Below are positions 38,300-55,962 of a DNA stretch of 64,000 nucleotides, one piece after another (within the stretch, counting starts at the first letter, position 1; every line of letters starts with the position of its first letter). The stretch spans positions 1 through 64,000 of the forward strand of contig RSEE01000134.1 of the NCBI GenBank assembly GCA_003971905.1. The letters run 5' to 3'. The DNA is from Moniliella sp. 'wahieum'. Lineage: Eukaryota. The notes under the pieces are model-generated. The model was not told the origin of the DNA. It saw nothing but the letters and a program-made list of their open reading frames with translations, and searched no databases. A program made the position numbers and the translations under genes.

Positions 38300-39954
38300 T
38301 TAGGACGAAAAGTACATGAGTTGGACGCCGACCGAGGCAATTGGTCGTGCACGATTGTTCAGGTTGCCGCGGAAGCCCGCCGAGACAAGCGAGTTGCGCA
38401 GCCGGCCCTCCCAGAGCAAAGCCATGTCGGCCGCACTGCTCAGACGCAACTTGAGCAGGCCCAGCACATCATGCGGTAACCTCGCCGCACCTTGAACTTC
38501 CCCTGGCGGAACACAGTCTGTGCCATGCGCTCCATGCCACTATCGTCCATCATGTCCTCCAACGCCAGAACATCCACGCTCTCTCCCGGCCGATCGGGAT
38601 CTGGAGGCACGAGCGCAGACCCAGAGCGGGAAGCAGAAGCAGGAAGCGCGTGGGCTGGATCGTCACGTGGCGCACGCAGCCAATACTCCAGCCCGACCGT
38701 CAGCTCCGACTCGTACGAGTAGACATTAAAGTCAAACCGGGAGCAAGCGGCCACGTCGCGGGCCATGCGCGCGGCATAGGACATGGACAGATGGCCAAGT
38801 AAAGGATTAAGTGTGGCGGTCAAAATGGTAGGTGGTTGAGGTGGCTGGCTGGGCTCGGGACCAACGGCAGAAGAAGTGTCGGGGGTGCCAGGTTCAGGTT
38901 CAGGTTCGGGCTCTGGCAACGTCGCAAAACGTACCCCGGTCGATAGGCCCGCGCTCTTGCGAGCCCGGCTGAAGAACATTTCTGCCCCCGCACTGAACCG
39001 GCCACGTAGCCCTCGCCCGGCAGCCCAGCTGCCATCCTCGGAGAACAGAGCGCGCACCTCCTCAGCAAAGGGTACTCTAAGCCGGTCCCTGTGTTCGCCT
39101 TCGATCGGAGGGAGAGAATCGGGAGGAGACACCGCCTTGTCCTCCGCCGAGGGTACAGGGAGCGACGAGGATGGGTCCGTTCGGGCAGCCGGGTCAGAAG
39201 CGGCGGGAGCAACGCCACTTGCGCCCGAGGCACTAAAGTTGTGCAGCACGCGGAACCCCCACAGATCATCGTCAACCGAGTACGAGTACTCGGTGCACCA
39301 TGCGCCCGTGTCACGCTGGAGCAGAAGTTGGACGTTGGTAGGAGTAGCCCAGTGGGCTGCTGAGCCGAGCGCAAAAGAAGAAGACCCAAGTGAACCCGAG
39401 TACACACCATCGTACTCGGGGTACAGGCCAGCGAGGTGAGCCAGCTGCGTGACGAAAGGTACTTTCGGAGGGGCACTGCTGGCCGTGACGATGGCTTGCA
39501 TCGACTCGGACAGGCGCCAGGAGTACAGCCCGTCGACTCGGTACGAAGGGATGTGAACCGATCCGTACAGGAGATAGTCGCCTACGTGCGACGCTTCCTC
39601 GCCGGCGCCCGCCGCGGCTGGGGGTTGTGGCAAGGCAGGCACCTGGAAGCGCTCCATCATGCGCTGCAGCCCCACCTGGCCCGACGACTGGCCAATGTCC
39701 AGCGCAGCACCACGGTGGCCCTGGACGCGGGTAAACATGTACCCAATCGAGCCCTGGAGGACAGGGAGCGTGTGGAGGTGGTAGGTGGTGAAAAAGGGCG
39801 GCGAGGGGCGGGAGGAGACGCTGAAGCTGACGCCGGGCGGCGTGGGGGTCGAGGAGCGCACTGCTGGTGGCATGGAGGTTGAGGTAGGAGTTGTACTCGT
39901 TCCACCGGTCGCCTCAAAGTAGCGGCGCAGAACGTGGGAGACAAAGTCGTACAT
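38300..39954 (-). CDS. MDM10: Mitochondrial outer-membrane beta-barrel Mdm10 (ERMES/SAM)
   Basis: LRRYFEATG, YLLYG, LQRDTGAWCTEYSYS, RFSAGAEMFFS, TLNPLLGHLS, SRFDFNVYSYESE. Last segment ALLWEGRLR...GVQLMYFSS-TAA is in another frame. Confidence 0.92.
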
Positions 39955-40377
39955 GGCCGCCGCGCGCGACGAGAAGGCGGTCAGGTCGCAGTGGCGGTGG
40001 AAGAAGCCAGTTGGACCAAGACTCTGCGGCGGTTAATTTGCAGCCGCGGCAATATTTCAACGCACATACCCTTTGCCTCCACGCTCTGGTAATAAACACA
40101 CAACGAGTCCATGGCCCGCGGTGTTCCCTCTCGCACCAACCCACGACGCAAGTACCCGGCCTCTAGCTGTGGTCCAGAAACGTGGCCCGTTTCTCTGTCC
40201 CTCCCCGATACCCAGACCGCCTAACCCAGGTCCCGACCAGAGCTAGCGCACGTTCTGTTTGTCTGTCTTTGCGTATATAGGGCATCACAAGATATATATA
40301 CGTGTGTGTGGTGGTCACTGTATGTCAAACAGTGCAACGTCAGTCAGTGGTGTGGACAACCCATATTATCTTCCTCA

Positions 40378-41368
40378 TCAAAGCACACTACTCTTGGCCG
40401 TTCGCACTTCTCTCTGCGCCCGCCTGACCTGGTCCTCTGCCGCAGCACCCTGCATAGGCGCCATTCTAGGTCGGCAGGGCAGCGGATGAAGCGTGCGAGG
40501 CAGGTGGGAGTGGATGTGGTCTGCGCCATCGGCTTGGGTCCAGTGCTCCTGCTGCTCCGGCCACCAGCCCCAGGCTTGGCAGAACCAATTCCACTCTAGC
40601 GGCACGGAGAACCAAGCATGGCACCCGCGGCACCGCATCCGGCGTCGATGCGAGGCAACTTTCATGCTCCAACGGCAAAACAGGCAGTCGGACACTCCCC
40701 CCATCGTCGGCATCTCGCACTGGGCACATATCGACAGAAAAAAACGTAAGCACCACTCGCTCTCAGTGGCAAAATCTCTTATGTCCAACGAGAAAAGGGG
40801 GTGCAGTGCATACCAGAGGAAGCCAACACCGGAAGTGAGGGTCGTACAGTGAGTTTAGCCATTGCGTCCTGCCGTCGACATTGTCATTGTACGGCACAAG
40901 GAGTGTCTGGTGGACATCCTGAACGTGAACAGGAGTACAGTTCCCCCACGGAAGCAGCCTAGGATACATCGTCACGCTGGAAGGTGAGGCGGGGGTCCAG
41001 ACGAGGGGGGCTGACTCCTCAGGCGATGCACTCGATGGGACAGAGTAGACGGCATATTGTGGGTTAGGAAATGCAAAGGGAGAAGGGTAGACAGTGCCGC
41101 CCCCACTGGCATGAGTAGAAGAAGGGAAGAGAGCTGATGGTGGGGCGGGAACGATTGAGCCGCGGATAAGCTGCTGTGCTTCTTTTTGCCCTTTCAACTT
41201 CGGTTGCTGCTGCCTTGGCACAGCAGTGCCTCCGGATTCGTTCGCGGACGGTACGGCGAATGTGGGGCGAGGGGGCAGCAGTGCCGAGGCAATGCGGTTC
41301 GTCTTGCCTCGGACGTGCCCTTGGGGTTGGCAGCCCGATGCGGAAGGGGGACCATCAATGTGTGGCAT
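40378..41368 (-). CDS. Putative orphan protein (about 298 aa): Pro/Ser-rich N-terminus plus CxxC-x14-CxxC zinc ribbon
   Basis: A phase-0 intron 40720-40813 (GTATGC...GCTTAC...CCCAG) joins the two minus-strand ORFs in frame: ...DPHFRCWLPL|CEMPTMGGVSDCLFCRWSMKVASHRRRMRCRGCHAWF... Confidence 0.55.
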
Positions 41369-42032
41369 GCTTCAGGAGCGAAATATACACAGCTGGGAAT
41401 GCTCTGTTGGGCGCGAGAGACGATGATGTGTGTTGGGAAAGAGGGTATATATGTGCTGTTGGAGACTTGTGTAGGCCTTGTTCTTGCAAAGCCTTGTCTG
41501 TGAGAGAAAGAGGGCTGGCACAATACAGTACAGCACAGAAGAGACGAGGGTGGGGGCTGCTCTTCTCTCTCGGTCGGCGGGTTGCGATCAGAGACGCTTA
41601 TGGTGTGTTGGCGGGGCGGGAGAAGAGTGTGCCCGTGCTTCTTTGTGGTGGTTTGCAAGGACGGCTGCCGGGGCAAGTGGCCATCCGAGCGTGGTGGATG
41701 ACAAAGGGCGCGGCATCTTGGCTGTGGCATGGCCGATTATATAGTGGCGCGTGCCGGGGCGCGGAAGGGCCGTTGGGGCGCCAGGTGGGGGTTACTAGTA
41801 TAGTTACTGCTTAGGAGAAATTGTCCCCCCGGTGTACACGCCATGGAACATGTTTCAATCTTGCAATCTGCTTCCTCCCGGCTGGTCCGGCCGTTTCAAG
41901 TTTCACGCGTCACATGTAACGCGTAACGACGCAGGACTGACTGGGTGGCGCTGGGCCGGCTAATCCATTCACTTGTCCATCGTCCGACACCCAGACACAC
42001 CATCCGCCACGCCCTCCACCATCGCGACCACC

Positions 42033-43410
42033 ATGCGTTCCGTCCCACGCCTATGCCTCCTCTGGCAGTGTGTCTGCTGGACACAAGTCCTCCCAGTCTG
42101 ATCGCATCGCCGCGGACGGCCGCACTGCCTTTCGCGCGCTGCTGCAGTACGCCGATCAGCTCGATGCCCTGCCGCTCGAGCTCACGCGCAGCATGAGCGA
42201 CCTGCGCGAACTCGATGCTGTTCTTGCAGGACACGTCGGCAGCTTGAACGCGCGTATGGCCCAGCTCGTCTCACTGGTTGAGAGTCGAGATGCCACGCCA
42301 GGCGAGCGTCTTGTGACGCTCAAGGAGGTGGCGGAAGAGGCGCGTGCCTACAAGATGGGCGGCGACGACAAGATTCGTGTGGCGGTCGCGGCGGCCGAGA
42401 CACTGACTGTGTCAGAAAAAATGCTCGATGACGCTTTCAACAAGATTGCTGCCCACTCCTCCATTGCTCCCTTTGCCGACCCGGTGGCCTATCTTCGCCA
42501 CCTCAACCTCATCCCGGGCGCTGTACCCGACCTTGACTTGTTAGTTCGTGCGCCGGGCGGTCCGCCTCCCCCTCCGTCGGGCGCCTCGGCAGCAGCACTC
42601 GATACATTGGCACGTGTTGCCCAACGCACTGGCCTTCCCTCGCCTTCATCGGCGCGTACCACTGCTCTCCCGCCTTCCGTGGCTGGAGGGAGCAATGTTG
42701 CTGCTGATACGTCCCATGGAACACCTAAGCGAAAAGGGACCAAGACGACAAGTGGAGCACAAGGGGTACCCAGCCGATCGAACACGCCTCAAGCTGAAAT
42801 GCCTCGCCGTGGGGCAGGTGGACAGCGAGCTTCGCCCTCTGCTGCACCTGGTACGGCGGGGACTAAGAAACGCAAGGCTCCCACTACTGACGATGGGGCT
42901 GCCAAGAAGCGGCGTGGCAAGGCGGTGGACCAAGGTGATGCTGCTGAGCTTTCGGAGGATGTGCGGACCAAGAACGAGAAGGCCAAGGCCAGTCCCCGCC
43001 CGGGCAGTGCCACAGCCACGCTGGTGCGGCGGCAAGAGCGGAGTGGTACGCCTGCCGGAGCGCGGTCGCCGGCACTCGGTAGTCGACGCCCTGCACCCCA
43101 AGGTCGCGGGAGCAGTGTCACACCTACTGTCCATCAGACGTTTAGCGCGGGGGGCAAAGGCCCACCACCGGAGGCCATCGCGTTGACCGCGCAAGCCGGG
43201 AAAGACGAGGCGCGGTACTGTTTCTGCAACCAGGTTTCGTTTGGCGAAATGATTGCGTGCGATGCACCCAACTGCCCTCGGGAGTGGTTCCACCTCTCGT
43301 GTCTCGGGCTCACCACCACTCCGGAGGGGTCCTGGTTTTGTGCCGACTGTCAAGCGCGAGGCGCAATGGGAACCAGCAAGAAGAAGAAGCCACAAACGCG
43401 CCGGCGGTAA
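42033..43410 (+). CDS. ING-family chromatin reader (Yng2/Pho23-like) with C-terminal PHD finger
   Basis: N-terminal ING helix [58 protein letters not shown]...GSWFCADC. Start codon uncertain. Confidence 0.93.
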
Positions 43411-43775
43411 GGAGACGCCCTGGTGCTGGCTGGATTTCCCCCCTGTGCTTGCCTTCATCTAGCGCATCTTCTCGACCGTTGAACTCATTTTCCCCATTCA
43501 ATGCACTCGACGCCCGGGTGTGGCCCTTGTGCCCCCTCTCCTTTTTGGTAGCGAAGGGAAAAGTAGCGGCGGTCGATGGGTGGTTGCGAAGGCTCAGGCT
43601 GAGCGCTGATCCATAGCGGCCTAAAAGTCACGTGATGCACCGACGCGCACGTTCCTCCGCCGCGCACGTGGAAGGTGGCGTGGCGGGGATTAAGGATTCC
43701 GCAGCTGGCAGGCCGATGGGCGCCGGCGACACCAACCCACCAGCCTGCCCATCCGCTTTGTCTGCCGCGCCCATC

Positions 43776-44457
43776 ATGCCCCTTACGCCCAACGACCAGC
43801 TTGACCTTGCCTTTGACGCGTCCTTGATTCCGGCGTCCGTGTTGGACGTGGGGCAAGGCCTGGTGTTGCGTCCGCTGGCGTCGGACGACCGGGCGCGGGG
43901 CCACTTGGACGTGCTCAAGGTCCTGACCCGCGTGAGTGATCCTGGCGCCGAGGCGTACGCGGAGCGCTTTGCTCTGATGAAAAAGAGCGCCACTTCTTCG
44001 CCCTACTTTCCCCTCGTGATTGTGGAGGCGGCCTCGGACCGGGTGGTGGCTACCGGCACCGTGTTTCTCGAGCACAAGTTCCTTCGTGGCCTCGGTTCCG
44101 TAGGCCACATTGAAGACATTGCTGTCGATGCGCATATGCAGGGCAAGTCGCTGGGCAAGAAGATCATCCTTGCGTTGACCGCCGTGAGTGAGCAGGCGGG
44201 TGCCTACAAGACCATTCTCGACTGCGACCCGAAAAACACTGGTAGGTTGGCTGCTGTTGGCTAGCTTGTGATGCCAACATACTAACCTGCTCTTTCGGCG
44301 CGATCAGGATTCTACGAAAAGTGTGGGTACAAAAACGCAGGGGTCGAGATGGTATGTTGTGGCTCTCTTTCTCGCTGGTGTCTAGTGACTGTTGTTGATT
44401 GCTGACTTGCCTTGCGGGATTGTGGACACTGCTCACGTTCAGGCCAAGTACCTGTAA
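43776..44457 (+). CDS. GNA1: Glucosamine-6-phosphate N-acetyltransferase
   Basis: LRPLASDD, EHKFLRGLGSVGHIEDIAV, QGKSLG, YKTILDC, GFYEKCG. Introns 44242-44307 and 44352-44442; ends AKYL-TAA. Confidence 0.95.
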
Positions 44458-45201
44458 CCGTCATGTAACATGGAAATGCAGATCGATCCATTCTTCTACA
44501 GGGAGGCACGCCTATAGAGGGCATCGATTCTCATAATACTAGTGGTAAACTCTGAACGGCGAGTGAGAGACAATTGATGCGGGCCGTTTTAGCCACAAGG
44601 ACCGGCAGAGGCCCAGGGTGCTGTGGCAGCAGATTCGCCTGTCTGAGTATAACCGGCCAGCCGGAAGACGCTCGCGACGGCTCGCCTTAAGTTGCCAGCC
44701 GAGCCCCAATCCAACTACGAGTCGCCCAGATGCCGGCTGGGTCAAGCAGGCCAAGCAGGCCGGCAGAAGACGCCAAGCCCATCCGCCACGACGATCGGCA
44801 TGGTGCATGATGCGGGATGGATGATGGCTGTGTGATGTGTGTGGCTCTCGGGGTGGGGCGTGGTGGGGCCAGGCGGGCGGCGTGGCGGGGCGCCACTTGG
44901 GCCGGGCCAGCCGGCGCCACCGGCGGGCGGCGTTTCGACGGGGCCGCATGGTGTGTGGACGAGGGAGGAGGATGTGCATCAGGATGGCTTGGAGAGTGCT
45001 CGTATAGTGTGCCCCCCCCCCCCCCGACCTTCTCTGATCTCTCCCCTCTTCGGCCGGCAAGGGTCCGCGCCGATCGGGCGCCATCGCAGGCTCACCCTCC
45101 GCTGAGCACACGCCCGTATGGATGCACACATCCCATGTCCCTCTCTCGCCTGCGTGTTCCTGTGCCGCTGTTGGGTGCCTGGAGTGGCATCCAATATCCA
45201 A

Positions 45202-45217
45202 ACGCGCATGTATATAA
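45202..45217 (+). promoter_or_regulatory. ACGCGCATG-TATATAA core promoter element of the MP88-like gene
   Basis: Identical to 34105-34120; about 115 bp upstream of ATG 45331. Confidence 0.65.
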
Positions 45218-45330
45218 CCGCCGACAAGCGAATCTAGCGACTCGAGATCGCTGTCCACACCGTCTCCTTCCCCCTCTCTGCCGTCTCCCAACGTTCTTTA
45301 CCCACCCTCGCCATCGTGTTGGTTGCAACG

Positions 45331-46799
45331 ATGCTGTCCACCACGCTCCTTCCGCTCCTCACCCTTGCCGCCACGGCCGCCCCCGCGCTTGCCAAGGACC
45401 AGTACCAAGGCAAGTACCCCAACCCCAACAACCTCCCAGCCCAGGTGGATGCCAAGGGCGGCCAGACAGGGTACAACGACTGTGTCTCCCGTTACGGCTC
45501 TTCCAACCCCAATGCCAACTGCACCAACCTCTACGTCAGCGACCAGACCTCCTTTTGTCTCTATGGCCCCCCCACCCCCAACACCACCATCGGCGATGCC
45601 GAGGCTGAGGTGGTGAGCTGGTGTCTCAAGGACGGGTTTGGTACTCGGCTCATTCCCGAAGGCACCATTACTGGCGCTCACTTTGTCAAGACGCCCAACT
45701 TTGTTCAGGTTCGTCGACTCCCCCACGGTTTCTCTCCCCCCCCCCCCCTTGTTCTGCTTTCCCTCTGATGGCCCGCTCTGACCGGTCATTTGATCCACCC
45801 TGCGGGTTTCCGTACAAACAGGTCACGGGAGTAGGCGACTTTACCAAAATCAACCTCGCCAAGGGCGACGACGGCGGCGAGCTGGATCCTCATGGTGCGA
45901 CCGGATCGGGCAACCCGGTTGGCGGGCTGGTGTTTACCGATGCCTTGACGGGAAGCTTTGAGCGTATTCCCGAGTGGACTCACTTCATTGGCTTTGACAC
46001 CTTCTGCATCCGTCTCTGCACGGGCGGCGAGTCGCTGGACGCACAACAGTACTGCCAGCACATTTACGATGTGTATGTTTTTCGATTCCTTTGAATTGCG
46101 TGTGGTTCTTGTGGTCTCGATTGCTGACAAGGGTGCTGTTTCGGGCTTCGTTTTCGATTTGTTACCTACTTTGCTTTGCTATCTTTGGGGTCATCTATTT
46201 GCTCCTGCAGCATGGGGTACGTTTCATCCGTCTACTTACCGTTCCTCTTACCACTGGACCAGCCTACTGACTTGGGATCGACAGCTGCTACTGGGTCATG
46301 CCTGCCTCGTACGACGAAGGTATCTTTGAAGCGTGTGAAGGCGACTCGGGCGAAAAGCCTGGCATCTACTCTGTCAATGGCACGCTCTCCACCTTCTGGC
46401 AAGGATACAAGACTACCCCCGCGGCCCACACGGCTCCTTCCAGCTCCGACTGCAAGTCGGTCGCAACCATTGGAACTAACAGTTACCCATCCTCGATCAA
46501 GCCCTCATCTTCCGCCAAGACCGCCTCTTCCTCGTCCAAGGCCCTCTCTTCGTCCACCAAGACTCCTTCTTCTTCCAAGGCATCTTCTTCCACCAAGGCG
46601 CTCTCTTCAACCACGTACGCCTCCTCCAAGATGCACACCTCCAAGGCACCCACCCCACCACCACCACAGCCACGCTAACCATCACCATCATCCCGCCCAA
46701 TCCACCCAGTCGGCCGATGGCAGCTGGCCGTACGGCGGCGACGGCTGGTACAATGGGGACAGTGACAACGAGGACCCCTGGTGGTGGTGGTGGTGGTAA
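45331..46799 (+). CDS. Secreted basidiomycete mannoprotein (Cryptococcus MP88 / 'macrophage-activating glycoprotein' family) with Ser/Thr-rich stalk
   Basis: Signal peptide; QTGYNDC, FCLYGPP, GTRLIPEGTITGAHFVKTP, DGGELDPHGA...GNPVGG, CQHIYDVMGCYW. Introns 45709-45821, 46073-46210 and 46217-46284. Stop is at 46678 or 46799 depending on an indel. Confidence 0.85.
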
Positions 46800-47309
46800 G
46801 CACTGATCCAACTGAGGTCCAGCCTATGGGCAGTGGACCATCACACAGTGGCCTCCCCCCTCCCCTCTCTCTCCGTTTTGGCTCTGTTGTCTCTCTTTTT
46901 CCTGACAGCGTCAAACCCGGGGCCTTCTGTCACCATGTCGCGTTGCTTCCGACTCAGACTCGGCATATCGGATAACTTTGATAACTTGGTTGGGGTTTTT
47001 GCTTGTCTCTTGGCCCAGTTTCCCATCGCTTATAGCGTGTAGTTCCTAAAGAAACAATCTGCTGAGGAGGAATAAACGGTAACCGGTTTGTGTGAGGTTC
47101 CCCCCACCCCGACGAGAGCTTCGGGTAGAAGAGGTACATCAGGAGGCGAAAGCTAAGAAGAGATCCTTCTTGGTCGTGAGCTGGTGCCATCGACTCAAAG
47201 AGAAAAGAAAAAAGGATATGAGATGGGTGGTATTGACGTGAGGTTAGACAGGAGGCGAAGCGAAAAGGGGACATGGGATATAGTTCCTGGATTTTGGGCA
47301 TGGAAATGG

Positions 47310-52809
<5,500 letters not shown>

Positions 52810-52904
52810 GGCGGATCACAAGAGCGATGCACGAGGGAAGCGGGACGGGAGGGGGGGAACGAGGAGCGCAAGCGCACGTGCAGATGGGCAAGGAGAGGAG
52901 AGGA

Positions 52905-52978
52905 AAGGCAGGGCAGGGCGAGGCAAAGCAGAGCAAGGTAAGGCAAAGCAGGGCAAGGCAAGGCAGGGCAAGGCAAGG
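52905..52978. repeat. Pentanucleotide microsatellite (GGCAR)n in the RPB1 upstream/5'UTR region
   Basis: aggcagggcagggcgaggcaaagcagagcaaggtaaggcaaagcagggcaaggcaaggcagggcaaggcaagg. Confidence 0.85.
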
Positions 52979-53380
52979 CCGCGCGGGCAGCGGGCGCAGG
53001 TGGGAATGCGGGGCAGTGGGAGTGGTGGGAGCGGTGGTGGAGGTGGTGGTGGTGGCGGTGGTGGTGGTGGAGAAGGCGGCGGGCAGCGTGAGGAGTGCGT
53101 GGGAGCTGACGGCGGCAATGGTGGTGGCGACGGACGCCCAGGAGGCGCCGAGGCGACGCAGCCAAACCATTAATCAGGGCCAAAGCCAGGGGGCGTTACG
53201 CTTTAAGTACTTGAGTGGCGCATGCCCCTCTGCGCCACTGCCCCCGTGCACCGTGCATTCCGCCCCAGCCCCATTCCGCTCGGCGTCCCGCACTTATTAC
53301 AGGTGCAGCGCAGCTATAACGAGTAACTAGTAACTAGCAACTGCGGGTCTGTCGTCAGCCCCTGCGCCACCCACCTGTAA

Positions 53381-53449
53381 CCACCATCACCAGCACCACC
53401 CACCACCACCACCACCACCACATCACCACCACCACCACCATCCCCCACC
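53381..53449 (+). repeat. (CAC)n trinucleotide tract running up to the VPS27 start codon
   Basis: Directly visible; mirrored by a (GGT)n tract at about 53020-53070. Confidence 0.9.
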
Positions 53450-55828
53450 ATGTCCTGGTGGTCCGCCGACCCATTCAGCGCCGCCGTAGACAAGGCCACG
53501 TCCGAGCTGCTCCCCTCGGGCACCGAGGACATTGCCCTCAACCTCGACATTGCCGACCAGATCAAGAGCAAGGACGTCAACGCCAAGCATGCCATGCAGG
53601 TCCTCAAGCGCCGCATCAGCCACAAGAACCCCAACGTCGTCCTCCTCGCCCTCGGCCTCACCGACATTTCCGTCAAAATGGCGGCGATGAGTTTCTCACC
53701 GAGGTGGGCTCGCGCGAATTTATCGACAACCTCGTCTCCATCCTCCAGATGCCCCTCGCCGGCGGCACGCTCAACCCGGATGTCCAGCAGCGCATTCTCG
53801 CGCTCCTCCAGGCCTGGGCCCAGATCAGCGAGGTGCGGCCCGGGTATATGACGCATGCTGCGGCGGTGTATGAGCAGCTGCGCGCGGACGGGTACCAGTT
53901 CCCGCCCAAGGACCCCGTCCAGTCCGTCGTGTCTTCTTGCGCCGCTGCGTTCGAGACGCGCACCATGCCCGAGTGGATTGATGGCGAGGTGTGTCTGCGC
54001 TGCCGCACGCCGTTTACCACGTTTACCCGCAAACATCACTGCCGCAACTGCGGCAACGTCTTTTGCCACCAGTGCACCTCCCGCACCATGGCGCTTCCCT
54101 GGTTTGGCGTCGGGCAGCCCGTACGAGTGTGTGACGGCTGCTTTGCCCGCAAGTCCGTCCCGCCCAAGGCCGCCGTGGTGCGGCACAAGTCGCTCGACTC
54201 GCCGCCGTTCGCCACACCTCTCTGGCCGAGGCGGGTTGTGCCGCGCGTGCGGCGGGCAGTCCTCGCCACACGATCCAAGACGATGGACCCCCGTGCGGCT
54301 GCAGCGCGGCGCAAGGAAGAGCAAGACCTGCAGTTGGCCATCCAGCTCTCCCCCAAAGTTCAGACGCGCAGATCCCCTCCCTACCCTCTGCACCCAGCAT
54401 GCCTTCCCTACCCGGGCGTCAGGTGGAGGGAACGGACGAAGGCACCCTCGACGTTGACGCTGAGAATGACCCAGACTTGGCGGCGGCCATCAAGGCCAGC
54501 TTAGAAACTGCCCCCCCAAGTGCTAGCGGCCCAAAACTCGACCGTTCCGACTTCGATCGAAGCACCGGTACCCTCGGCGCCTACTTTGGCCTCCTCTGCT
54601 CCACCGGCCTCCTCTGCTGCTCCCGCCGTGCCCGCTGCAGAGAGACCGGCGTTACCTAGTGTGGAGATGGACGCGGTCGACATTGACTCGCTGTTGACGT
54701 TTGCCCAATCGGTATCGCGTCTGGACCAGGCCATTGCGGCGGGCCAGTCTCCGGCCCAGATGGCTCGGCCTCCGCCGCCCGTTCAAGCTGCGCTGGAAAA
54801 GTCGCTCAGCGCCCGCCCGAGGCTGGTGCGCAATCTGAACGAAGCAGCGAGCCGACTGCAGCGCCTGAACGAGATGCAGGCCAAGATTGACTTCTCGATC
54901 AAGTTGTATGATCGGCTGCTCGACGCCCAGCTTGCTGCCGCACCACCGGCGCCTGCGTTTGCTCCTCCCATCGCGGCTTACCCGCCCCCCGTGCCTGGCT
55001 ACCCAACTTACCTTCCCTATGGACACGCTTCCCATGCGTCCGCTGACCCCAGGCCCCATCCTACACCAATCCATTGGGTACGACTCCGGCTCAAGGCCAA
55101 GGTCAAGCCCAAAGCGAAGCATATCCCCACCCACAAGCCTACCCGCAAGGATACCTTCCACCTCCTGCCCCCGCTTACGCACCCAGTCACGCCATCGCCG
55201 CCCCTCCTACGCCGCACATCGCCACCTCCGCATCCTTTTCCCCCGCCGTGGAGAAGCAGGCAAACATTTCCCCCGCTTTGACCGCCTCGGGGCCAGTCCC
55301 GACTACCACGCCCTACACTCTCGCTGCGTCTCATGCGTCTGGTGCAGCCTCGCCTAATGGGCCCGGGGTGGTGTCACCGCCACTGTCGCCGCCAGCGGGC
55401 CTCGAAGCCAGCCCCCTTCCTTGGCGGCCGTGACGCCATTGCATGCCCCACCTGCTTCTTCGGGGCCGGAGCTTGTTCCTCCCAGGCAGGAGCAAGCCCA
55501 ATCGCCAGCTACTGCGACGCCGGTGCAGGCCGACCCATCCAACTCGGCCGCGTTCTTGGCGCCAACTGCGTTGCCCTCTACGGGAGCGTACCCTCGGCCT
55601 TCCTTTGTTCCGCCTGGGCCTGGGGAAACCGTTGCTCCCTCACCAGCAGTGCCTGCACAGGCATGGGATCCCCAAGGCCTGCACCTTCCCTCGGCCCCGA
55701 CGGTGGCGCCGGCGACGCACAACTGGCTTGCCGGACCCGAGTCGCAGGTTCCTGCCCTGGCTCCCCAATGGGCTGAGCCGCATAAGCAAGTCTCGCCTCA
55801 ACCGGAAATCTCGTTGATTGAACTATAG
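53450..55828 (+). CDS. VPS27: ESCRT-0 subunit Vps27/Hrs (VHS, FYVE, two UIMs)
   Basis: VDKATSELLP...HKNPNV (VHS); CLRC...RKHHCRNCG...VRVCDGC (FYVE); EEQDLQLAIQLS and DPDLAAAIKASL (UIMs); C-terminal LIEL clathrin-box-like motif. Confidence 0.95.
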
Positions 55829-55962
55829 ATCTGCTATTTTTTTCTCGGCACTCCCCTTTCGCACTGTCCTTTCACTTCATATGGTCCTCCCGCACCCTCA
55901 CTCCCACCCTTTCTCCTTTCTCTCTTTGATAAACAGAGATGCAGTGTATATATGTAGGACGG

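Noticed and set aside
4171..44457. Chitin synthase plus GNA1 as a chitin biosynthetic cluster
   Set aside because: They are 36 kb apart and separated by many unrelated housekeeping genes.
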